Source: an uncultured bacterium (GTDB lineage Bacteria; Chloroflexota; UBA5177; JANWHV01). Taken from it: 64,000 nt of DNA. The stretch covers positions 1 through 64,000 of the forward strand of contig CAWHAE010000018.1 in assembly GCA_963827235.1 (NCBI GenBank), written 5' to 3'. Every line of letters starts with the position of its first letter. Position 1 is the first letter of the stretch. Made by a program: the position numbers and the translations under genes. Below are positions 1-8,413 of the stretch, in pieces. The notes below the pieces were generated by a model that made no database searches, had not been told where the DNA came from, and worked only from the letters and a program-made list of their open reading frames with translations.

Positions 1-221
1 GATTGGTGGGATCGATGGCTATTTGGGCCATTCCTGGAGAGCGACGGAGGCACTGTATAATGAGTCTGCCCCATGGTGGGTGGGGTTGTCGCGTAATGCA
101 TGCCGTGAACATGGCGGGTACTCGAGACGGTGGAGGACGATTGTGCCGCCCCTCATCCTCCTTGACCACAGGCGAATGCGCGCGGACAGTCCAAATCGCA
201 GGTGCGCCCAGGAGGACCCTG

Positions 222-533
222 TTGCTGGAAGTCAGTGAGATTCGGGCCAATGTCCACAGGTTCGTGGTCGATAGCTTCCTCTTTGGCACGGGTGACGTGT
301 CGGACACGCTGGCCCTGACATCTCAGGGCGTAATTGATTCCACTGGCGTGCTCGAGCTGATCATGTACGTAGAAGACACGTATCGCATCGCGGTAGCCGA
401 CGAGGACATCATGCCGGAGAACTTCGACTCCATCTCGGCGATCGGAGCCTACGTCGAGCGCAAGCTGCGCGCTTCCGAGTCGCCTGAGCATGTCCAGGCC
501 ATTCGAAGCGAGTCAGCGCGCGGGGACGCGTGA
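222..533 (+). CDS. Acyl/peptidyl carrier protein (stand-alone)
   Basis: GVIDSTGVLELIMYVE phosphopantetheine-site motif and IMPENFDSISAI tail; TTG start at 222 after GGAGG (211-215), so the 3..533 ORF is over-extended. Confidence 0.85.
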   Translation: MLEVSEIRANVHRFVVDSFLFGTGDVSDTLALTSQGVIDSTGVLELIMYVEDTYRIAVADEDIMPENFDSISAIGAYVERKLRASESPEHVQAIRSESARGDA

Positions 534-632
534 GCCGACAGCGCCCTCCCCGGCCGCGTCCTGCCGGCGGAAGTACCGTGTCAGGAATCGGCGGGCTCAA
601 GATCCGGCAATATCTGGTACAGGTGAGGACCC

Positions 633-1505
633 GTGCAACCGACTGAGTCTGAGCAAACGGCGGCAGCGGGCGCGTCCGAGCAGAGCGATTCACCGATCTA
701 CCGCGGCGGATTCGCCACCGTGTTCAGCTCGGAGCGTTACGCGGTATTCTCGCGGCTTCTGGCTCGCCTCGCGCTCGCCCTGCTGGAAGAGCACGGTGCT
801 CCCGGTCGAAGGCTCCTCGACCTGGCTTGCGGCGCCGGTGTCGGAAGCGAAGTGCTGGCAGAGGCGGGTTATCAGGTCCTGGCGGTAGACAGTTCAAGCG
901 ACATGGTGCGATGCACGCGGGAGCGCGCTGCGGCGAAGTCGCTTGCAATCGACGTGCTCCACCAGGATATGCGCCGATTGTCGGTTCCGTTCGAGTGCCA
1001 CGTGGTGACCTGCCTGTTCGACTCTCTCAACTACTTGCTCGAGGAGAGCGAGCTTGCCGAGGTATTCGTCCGAGTCGCGGATAGCCTCGCGCCCGACGGC
1101 CTGTTCGTATTCGACATGAATACGCCCCACGGCCTGGCCACCCGCTGGGGCACGCGCGACGTCCTCTCCACGGCCAGGCAGGACCTGTTCGAGTTCTGCC
1201 GCAATCGCTTCGACGCGGACCAGGCCATCAATACGACTACGTCTCTCGTCTTTGTGCGGGACGAGGCGACCGGGCTGTTCCGCCTGACCACGGAGATACA
1301 TCGCGAGCGTGGCTACGAGGCTGAAACGCTTCGCGGTCTGATCGAAAACGCCGGCTTCTCGGTCGTGGCAGTTTCTGGCCTGGGCGACCTGTATGCGGGG
1401 ATCTCTCGTAGACTTCAGCCGCTCAGCGGCGAATCGGGACGGATCGTCATGGTAGCGCGCAAGCGCGGAGCCGGGGCCGTCGGACGGCCGCACGGCCGGG
1501 GCTAG
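633..1505 (+). CDS. Class I SAM-dependent methyltransferase
   Basis: LLDLACGAG motif I, AVDSSSDM, QDMR, VTCLFDSLNY, LAPDGLFVFD. Confidence 0.9.
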   Translation: MQPTESEQTAAAGASEQSDSPIYRGGFATVFSSERYAVFSRLLARLALALLEEHGAPGRRLLDLACGAGVGSEVLAEAGYQVLAVDSSSDMVRCTRERAAAKSLAIDVLHQDMRRLSVPFECHVVTCLFDSLNYLLEESELAEVFVRVADSLAPDGLFVFDMNTPHGLATRWGTRDVLSTARQDLFEFCRNRFDADQAINTTTSLVFVRDEATGLFRLTTEIHRERGYEAETLRGLIENAGFSVVAVSGLGDLYAGISRRLQPLSGESGRIVMVARKRGAGAVGRPHGRG

Positions 1506-1674
1506 CGCGTGTCGGCCTTCCGCTAGAGCGCGGACGGTCCGCGAGCATCCACCCGGCACAGCCGGAGCTTCCTCACGAGCTGTCGCCGTGATCCCGATGC
1601 TCGCAGCCGCCGGAGGCGCCACGGTGCGCGGCTCAGACCGTACTCTCGCCGGCACCGCCCTGGACACGCCGGTC

Positions 1675-2322
1675 TCAGGTGCTCGCGGTCGCCTTAACGT
1701 GCTGATTATCGCCCGGCGCCTGTTTAGGCAGCCGGCGAACGACTCGCGCAGGCACGCCAGCTACCACGGTGTTGGCCTCGACATCGTGCGATACCAGGCT
1801 TCCGGCCGAGACTACGGCGCCCGAGCCGATGGTTACGCCCGGAAGGATGACGGCCTTGGCGCCAACCCAGGCACCGGACTTGATCGTTATGGCCCTGTTC
1901 GTGGGCCGTCCCACGCGGTTCGACTCCGGACCGATATCGTGGGTACCGGTGATGAACGTGGTCCCGTAGCCGATGTCGACGCACGATTCGAAGATGACCG
2001 GGGCAGCGAGGTCAAGGAGACAATCGGGTCCGATGGACACGTTATCACCGATCGACAGCCGGCCGTGCATCACTCGTATCCTGGCTCCAATCCATGGCCT
2101 GCGGCCTATGCACGCGCCACCTGCACGTAGCACAGCCGGGCGGACGAACCTGCACGAAAAGTCGTCATCGGGAAACAGTGCGCAAACCAGGATGACGACA
2201 TGTGACTGTAATCTGCTTAGGTTGAGCCGAAGCAGTCTAGATACTCGGGCCGCTCGGTCCTCCGCAGCCAATGCCAGTCTCCTGACCTCCCGTACCCCAT
2301 ACTGCCTGGGAGCCGCGTTCAC
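1675..2322 (-). CDS. Hexapeptide-repeat (left-handed beta-helix) acyltransferase, sugar O-acetyltransferase-like
   Basis: IGDNVSIG, GAWVGAKAVILPGVTIGSGAVVSAGSLV, GVPARVVR; start uncertain. Confidence 0.85.
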   Translation of the reverse strand: MNAAPRQYGVREVRRLALAAEDRAARVSRLLRLNLSRLQSHVVILVCALFPDDDFSCRFVRPAVLRAGGACIGRRPWIGARIRVMHGRLSIGDNVSIGPDCLLDLAAPVIFESCVDIGYGTTFITGTHDIGPESNRVGRPTNRAITIKSGAWVGAKAVILPGVTIGSGAVVSAGSLVSHDVEANTVVAGVPARVVRRLPKQAPGDNQHVKATAST

Positions 2323-2459
2323 CCAGAGGGCTGCTGCCGGTATCTGCGAGGCAGCTTGTCCCGATAGTCTACCACGTTCATCGGCCGAGAGAGGCCGAAA
2401 CCGCGGCGCACCACACGAGTGCGGGAGCGTGCGACAATGAACGGGCTCTGCTCATAGCG

Positions 2460-3371
2460 TCAGGAGAGCGCTGCCTGCCCCCGCCACGGTTGGCAGCCCT
2501 GCCACGTCGCCGCGAGCTCCTGCAGATACGGCAGCAGCGCGATCCTCAGGTCGTCACGGCGTAACGCGAACTCGATGTTAGCCTGAATCCACTCCAGTGG
2601 ATTCCCCGTGTCCACATGCAGGCCTTCCACGACATGAGCATAGATCGGCTCTTCCGCCAGCAGGATACGAATCGCATCGACAAGCCAGATCTCACCGTTG
2701 TGCTTGGGAGGCGTGTCCTTCAGCACAGCCATCAGCCGGTTGGTGAAGACGCACCCCTTCACCTGCGCCAGGTTCGACGGAGCCTGGCCGACGGGCGGTT
2801 TCTCGACGATCGCGCGCACCCGTAGCGTCTGCGCGTCGATCGGATTGCCGTCGATGATGCCGTATCGGTCCACCTCGCCGGCAGGCACACGCTTGACGCC
2901 CAGCACCGAGGCACCAGTCCGCCCGTATACATCGAGGAACTGCGCGAGAGCCGGCCTGACTCCGAGCACAATGCCATCGCCCCAGAGCATCGCAAACGGC
3001 TCAGTACCCACCACGTCGTGCGCGCACCACACAGCGTGCCCATTCCCGAGCGGCTCCGGCTGGTGCACGATGGCGATCTCCACCCTGCTGCTGAGAGCGG
3101 CCACGGCATCGTACTCCGCGCACTGTTCGGCCTCGCATAGACGGTGCTCCAGCTCGGGCAAGCGGTCGAAATAGTCTGCGATAGCATATTGGCCCCGGCC
3201 CACCACGATGACAACCAGCTCGATCCCGCTGGCGACTGCCTCCTCCACGATGTAGTGGATCACCGGTTTGTCCACGACCGGCAGCAGCGCCTTTGGAATC
3301 GCCTTGGTGGCAGGAAGCATGCGTGACCCGAGCCCTGCCGCCGGAATCACAGCGATGCGGACTCTGCGCAT
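2460..3371 (-). CDS. galU: UTP--glucose-1-phosphate uridylyltransferase-like nucleotidyltransferase
   Basis: AVIPAAGLGSRMLPATKAIPKALLPVVDKP, QPEPLGNGHAV, IVEKP, GEIWLVDAI; ATG at 3371 with GGAGGT RBS. Confidence 0.85.
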   Translation of the reverse strand: MRRVRIAVIPAAGLGSRMLPATKAIPKALLPVVDKPVIHYIVEEAVASGIELVVIVVGRGQYAIADYFDRLPELEHRLCEAEQCAEYDAVAALSSRVEIAIVHQPEPLGNGHAVWCAHDVVGTEPFAMLWGDGIVLGVRPALAQFLDVYGRTGASVLGVKRVPAGEVDRYGIIDGNPIDAQTLRVRAIVEKPPVGQAPSNLAQVKGCVFTNRLMAVLKDTPPKHNGEIWLVDAIRILLAEEPIYAHVVEGLHVDTGNPLEWIQANIEFALRRDDLRIALLPYLQELAATWQGCQPWRGQAALS

Positions 3372-3448
3372 CGTGACCTCCGAGTTGTCCGCGAACCAGT
3401 CAAGGAGTAAGTCGACACGGCTGCCGGCAGGCGGCTGACACGCATCTG

Positions 3449-4063
3449 CTACCTGAGCGCGTAGGTCGTGACCGACTTCTGCGAGAGGATCCACTTGACG
3501 GCTCCAAGCAGATCGTGGGCGGTGTGATAGTCATGGAGGAACCGCGCTTCCTCGCGCAGGATCTGCGAGCGACCGCGCCCGGTCTCCACCAGCACACAGC
3601 GGCAGCCGGCGGCCTGACCGGCCTGGATGTCGCTCAGCGCGTCCCCAACGTAGAAGCTCTCGCTCAAGTCGATAACGTGCCGCTCGGCCGCCATGTACAG
3701 GAGACCCGGCTTGGGCTTGCGGCAAGCGCAGTTCGCCGAGGCGAGATGAGGACAGTACAGGACATCCAGGATGGAGCCGCCCGATGCTTCCACGGTACCG
3801 CGCATGCGCGCGTGCATCTCGTCCAGGGTTTCCACGCTCATGAGCCCTTTGCCGATCACCGTCTGGTTGGTCACCACGATCACCGCCCTGCCGGCAGCCC
3901 GGAGCATGGCCAGGGCTCTCAACGCTCCCGGAAGAAACCTGAACTGTTCCGAGTTGAGCACGTAGTCGGCCCGATTCGCGTTGATCACGCCGTCACGGTC
4001 AAGAAACACGGCGGTCTGCCGCTGCGACAGTATCTCGAGATCTAGGTCCAGCGCAGTTGCCAT
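3449..4063 (-). CDS. gmhB: D-glycero-D-manno-heptose 1,7-bisphosphate phosphatase (HAD-IIIA)
   Basis: FLDRDGVIN, VVTNQ, YCPH..CACRKPKPG Zn motif, VGDALSDIQAG. Confidence 0.9.
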   Translation of the reverse strand: MATALDLDLEILSQRQTAVFLDRDGVINANRADYVLNSEQFRFLPGALRALAMLRAAGRAVIVVTNQTVIGKGLMSVETLDEMHARMRGTVEASGGSILDVLYCPHLASANCACRKPKPGLLYMAAERHVIDLSESFYVGDALSDIQAGQAAGCRCVLVETGRGRSQILREEARFLHDYHTAHDLLGAVKWILSQKSVTTYALR

Positions 4064-4250
4064 GGCCAAACCTCCCGAGCGACGGGCACAGTCATCTAGG
4101 GTTCAACGGGCCGGCCTGCCAAGTACCGTCCACTACCATATTGATCGATTGGAGCGCCATGGTCAATAGGAAAGGGCCCGCGTCTCGCGATCATCGCAGA
4201 CGAAACGCTACTCCGCGAGACCGAGCGCCGAGTGCCCTCATCGCACGGCC

Positions 4251-5750
4251 TCAGTACGCTCCCGTGCCGCGCAGCACCGCCGGAATCGAGGCAGCCATGA
4301 TCTGCAGATCACGCCAGATGCTATAGGTGCGGACATATTCCGCGTCGAGCAAGGATCGCTCCTCGATCGTCAGCTCGCCGCGGCCGTATATCTGGCAGAC
4401 GCCGGTGATCCCCGGCCGCACGGTAAGCAGCACGACCTGGCGCTCGCCGTACAGCGCCGCCTGCTTTGGGTGAATCTTGTACGGGCCGACCAGGCTCATC
4501 TGCCGCGCCAGGACATTCAGCAGCTGCGGCACCTCGTCGAGGCTGAAGCGAATAAGCAGCCTGCCTAGCGCCGTAGTATGTGGGCTCTGCCGTAGGGGCA
4601 GCCCTCGCCTGATGCGGTCTTGCGTGGCGCGGTCGGGCTCGTCCTCAGGTGGATACAAGGTGGTACGAAACTTCAGCGCATTGAAGGGCTTCCCCCCAAC
4701 GCCAAGCGCCGGCAGTCGCGAGAACACTGGGCCCGGGGAGGTGACCTTGACCGCGATGGTGGCGGCCAGGCAGAACGGCGACGAGCAGGCCAGCAAGACC
4801 AGCGCCCCGACCAGATCCAGGGTGTTCTTGAGCAGAGCGTCGACGCCGGTGATACGGACCTTGTCCACCACGAGCAAGCTGTCTCCGCCCACGCGATGCA
4901 AGTAGCCGCCGGTGGTCAACGTGCGAAACAGGTCCGGCGCCAGCGAGATCTCGGCCTCGGTCGGCAGCACGTGCTGCAGCACGTGCATCGCATCGGCGTG
5001 GGTCAGATCGGAGGTCGAGATGAGCACCTGACCGATCCGGAAGCGGCGTATGAGCTCCGGTAGATCGTCGATGTGACCGAGCACGGTGAGGCCGGCCGGC
5101 ATTTGGTGTCCGACCGGGGCGGCGGCATCCACGAAGCCTATGACATGGATGCCTTCGTCTTGAGCCCGCCGCAGATGCCATTCCAGAATCTCCGCTTCGT
5201 GCCCGGTGCCGACAATGACTGCCAGCTGCACGAAGATACCTGCACGGTGGCAGGCACGCAGCGCTTGGCGACAGGCAAGCCTGCCGGCGATCACTGCCGC
5301 GGCGCCGAATATCCAGGCCAGCAACAGCCATCCTCGAGCAATCGGATATGTGCGATCGGACAGGTAGCTCGCAAACTCGGCAAGCAGCGCCGTGAGACCG
5401 GTGCCGACGATCAGCTGCGGATACAGACCCGTGCCGTGCTGGGCGATGTGTCGCTGATAGGCGCCGGCGCCGGCAAAAATCATGATGCTCAGCAGGATGA
5501 AGAGCACGGCCAGCTTGAGATAGAAGTGCGAGCGAGCATCGGTGATCTGCACGAGCGCGAACGTTCCTTCAAGCAGACCGCTGTGGAACCGCACCTCGAA
5601 GGCAGCGAACAGGGCGCCTGCCAGCAGCAGCGCGTCCAGGACCACCAGCAGCGCGCTTATCAACGGCCACCAGCGGCGCTCCGGGAGCGCCAGTCCGGCC
5701 TGCGCGGCCGGCTCCCGTGCAACCGCGCTATCGCCCGCTGCGGTGCTCAT
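4251..5750 (-). CDS. Polyprenyl-phosphate glycosylphosphotransferase (WcaJ/WbaP-type priming transferase)
   Basis: N-terminal transmembrane helices, central domain (AVIVGTG...VIGFVD), C-terminal KFRT...SLDEVPQLLNVL..MSLVGP...VRPGITG..Q. Confidence 0.88.
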   Translation of the reverse strand: MSTAAGDSAVAREPAAQAGLALPERRWWPLISALLVVLDALLLAGALFAAFEVRFHSGLLEGTFALVQITDARSHFYLKLAVLFILLSIMIFAGAGAYQRHIAQHGTGLYPQLIVGTGLTALLAEFASYLSDRTYPIARGWLLLAWIFGAAAVIAGRLACRQALRACHRAGIFVQLAVIVGTGHEAEILEWHLRRAQDEGIHVIGFVDAAAPVGHQMPAGLTVLGHIDDLPELIRRFRIGQVLISTSDLTHADAMHVLQHVLPTEAEISLAPDLFRTLTTGGYLHRVGGDSLLVVDKVRITGVDALLKNTLDLVGALVLLACSSPFCLAATIAVKVTSPGPVFSRLPALGVGGKPFNALKFRTTLYPPEDEPDRATQDRIRRGLPLRQSPHTTALGRLLIRFSLDEVPQLLNVLARQMSLVGPYKIHPKQAALYGERQVVLLTVRPGITGVCQIYGRGELTIEERSLLDAEYVRTYSIWRDLQIMAASIPAVLRGTGAY

Positions 5751-6763
5751 GGCCTGCCGTCAAAACACGGGTCGTTCACTAGTACTTCCGCACCGCGGGC
5801 GCTGAACCCGAAAAGCAGCCGTGTCAAACCAAGTGGCTCGAGCGCCTCCATCACGGCCGGCTGCTTCTCTTCGTGACAGTACAACAGCAAGAAACCGCCA
5901 CCGCCGGCACCAGTCACCTTGCCTCCAAAGGCGCCGGCCAGCCGCGCCGTTTCGTAGCAATGGTCGATGTAGGAGGTGCTGATACCGCTCGTCACCTGCC
6001 GCTTCTGCATCCAAGATTCGTGCAAGAGCTCGCCCAGAGCATCCAGATCAGCCTCCAGCAAAGCCCGTCGCATGCCGCCGGCCAAGCTCTTGATCGCGTC
6101 GAGCGCCCCGATGGTTTGCCGGTCTCCTGCCGCGCTCTGCCGTCGCTGGCTTGCCAGTACCGATCCCGCGTTTCGCCGCGTTCCCAGAAACAGCAGCATC
6201 AGCCGGCGCTCCAGTGTTGCACTCACCACCGGCTGTAGAACAATCGGCTCGATGCCCACCTGCCCATCGCGCCCGAACGTGAGCGCGTTGACACCACCCA
6301 CGGCGCTGGCGTATTGGTCCTGTTTGCCGATAGGCGAGCCGAGCAGATCGATCTCCACATGGCAGGCCAGCTCGGCGACCTCTGCGGCGGTGCGCGTATC
6401 GCCCGTGCAGGCGCCAAGACCCGTGATCAAGGCTACGGTCAGCGCGCTCGAGCTGCCAAGCCCGGTACCAGACGGCACTTCGCCGGCAATGAACAGGCGC
6501 AGGCTGCGACCCGGTGCGCACCTGTGTACCACCAGCAGCGGCAGCCGATTGCCCGGCGCGTCGGTAGGCCCAGTCTGCGCCGCCTGGATACCTTCATCCG
6601 GCGAGGTGACCTGCACACCGCCGTCTGACGGCTGGACTACCACGTAGATGAAGCGGTCGATAGACACGCTCACGACCAGGCCGCCGAACTGCTCATAGTA
6701 CGCGGGGAGGTCCGTGCCACCACCGCCGAAGCTCACGCGTAGCGGGGCGCGGGCAATAACCAT
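5747..6763 (-). CDS. hddA: GHMP kinase, D-glycero-alpha-D-manno-heptose-7-phosphate kinase-like
   Basis: ARAPLRVSFGGGGTD, PSGTGLGSSS, GKQDQY, GGKVTGAGGGG; stop overlaps the start of the next gene. Confidence 0.85.
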   Translation of the reverse strand: MVIARAPLRVSFGGGGTDLPAYYEQFGGLVVSVSIDRFIYVVVQPSDGGVQVTSPDEGIQAAQTGPTDAPGNRLPLLVVHRCAPGRSLRLFIAGEVPSGTGLGSSSALTVALITGLGACTGDTRTAAEVAELACHVEIDLLGSPIGKQDQYASAVGGVNALTFGRDGQVGIEPIVLQPVVSATLERRLMLLFLGTRRNAGSVLASQRRQSAAGDRQTIGALDAIKSLAGGMRRALLEADLDALGELLHESWMQKRQVTSGISTSYIDHCYETARLAGAFGGKVTGAGGGGFLLLYCHEEKQPAVMEALEPLGLTRLLFGFSARGAEVLVNDPCFDGRP

Positions 6764-7232
6764 TGGCCCTCCAGGCAGCACCGACATTGCCGGGTCCCGT
6801 GCGCACTCGCCAAGCAGTCGCCATACGGAAACCCGCACGGCAACCGCTGCGCCCACCCACCAAGGGCGCTCGGCTGCTTCTGGTGCCGCCGGAAGCTACA
6901 GTACCGCAACCATTTTCGGCTTGTCAACGCCCCACCAGTCCCCCTCGCCAGAACAGACGCACTGCCCGTATCGCATGCTTGATAGCGATTCTTGGCAATC
7001 AGCACCACACCCTGAACGTTTGCGATAAACGGGCCGCCATTCCGCATCAGAGCGTGCATGAGCCCGCGAGGCACTGCCCGAGTACCCAGCCCGGCCAGCC
7101 ACATTTGTGGCATTCGTGCAGTTCGTCTTATAAATGGACTGCCTCGCCCTCCCCCACTAGACTTCCTCCCCCAAAAGTACTAGACTATAGGAAATTGCTG
7201 TGTCCGCCGTTCTCAGAGAGGTCGCACTCCCT

Positions 7233-7973
7233 ATGTCACTCGTCCTGGATGCCCCGAAGGCCCCGACCTTCCGCTCACTGCAAATGGCCCAGGAGTATCT
7301 CACTTCCATGCACTCGATCCTCGACGCCATCCCCCTCGATGCCGTCTCCCGACTCGCTCGCCTCATCTTCGCCGTCACCGAGCGCGGCCGTGCCGTCTAC
7401 GTCTTCGGCAACGGCGGCAGTGCCGCCACCGCCGACCACATGGCCTGCGACCTGAGCAAGAATACCCGCGTGCCCGGTGCCCCGGCCATCCGCTGCCTCT
7501 CCCTCGTCGCCATGCCCGCCACCATGACCGCCCTGGGCAACGACGTCGCCTACGCCAGCATCTTCTCCGAGACCCTGCGCATCTACGGCCAGCCCGGCGA
7601 CCTCGCCCTCGGCATCAGCACCAGCGGCAACTCCGCCAACGTGCTCGAGGCCTTCACCCTCGCCCACTCCCTGGGCCTGCACACCGCCGCCCTCTTGGGC
7701 TGTCAGGGTGGCAACGCCCTCGCCCTGGTCGACCTGCCCGTCGTCGTTCAGGACCGCTCGGTGCCCCACCTCGAGGACGCCCACAACGTGATCAGCCACA
7801 TGCTCACCAACTGCCTGCGCGGCATGCTCGCCACCTACGTGACCAGCACCGCCAAGGACCTGCCCGCTCCCTTCGCCAAGGCCGACGCTCACGCCGGCAA
7901 GACCCCCGACGATGCCGGCGCTCCCTCCGACCTTCCCGTCGAGCCGGGCCGGTTGGTGGGCTCTCGAGCATAG
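7233..7973 (+). CDS. gmhA: SIS-domain phosphoheptose isomerase
   Basis: FGNGGSAATADH, TALGND, ISTSGNSANV, EDAH; divergent from hddA; start could be 7200 or 7233. Confidence 0.8.
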   Translation: MSLVLDAPKAPTFRSLQMAQEYLTSMHSILDAIPLDAVSRLARLIFAVTERGRAVYVFGNGGSAATADHMACDLSKNTRVPGAPAIRCLSLVAMPATMTALGNDVAYASIFSETLRIYGQPGDLALGISTSGNSANVLEAFTLAHSLGLHTAALLGCQGGNALALVDLPVVVQDRSVPHLEDAHNVISHMLTNCLRGMLATYVTSTAKDLPAPFAKADAHAGKTPDDAGAPSDLPVEPGRLVGSRA

Positions 7974-8413
7974 CCGGTCGCGCCAGCTCCTCGACCGCGC
8001 CGTTCCCGCGTTGCTCGGCCGGGCGGCCGCGCAAGCTAGACGCCATCATGGCCGGCCCGGCCGCGGAGAGCGATCGTCCGGCCGCCACCTCAAGGTCACT
8101 CGTGAGCGGGCGATGTAAGGGCGTGCAGACGGGGCGCTGGGCCAGTGTGACCGCGCGACATGCAGGCTTGCGCCGATCACGCGTGGCTGAAGCGGTCTTC
8201 GACCGCGAAGATGACGAGCACGACGATGGCCAGGACGACCACTAGAGGCATTTGTCTCTCCATAGCTGTGAGTTCATCGGCCGGCACCATTCGGATACGC
8301 ACTGCCGGCCTGCGGAGCCGGGCTTTGCTGCTCTCCCTACGACTCCAGACTACGACCAAGATGTTGGCAACATGTTAGCGAGTCGTAAACACTGTGTGCG
8401 AATTCGCCTCTGG

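Noticed and set aside
7275-7892. 205-aa Gly/Glu/Val-rich minus-strand ORF
   Set aside because: Antisense of the C-biased gmhA-like gene
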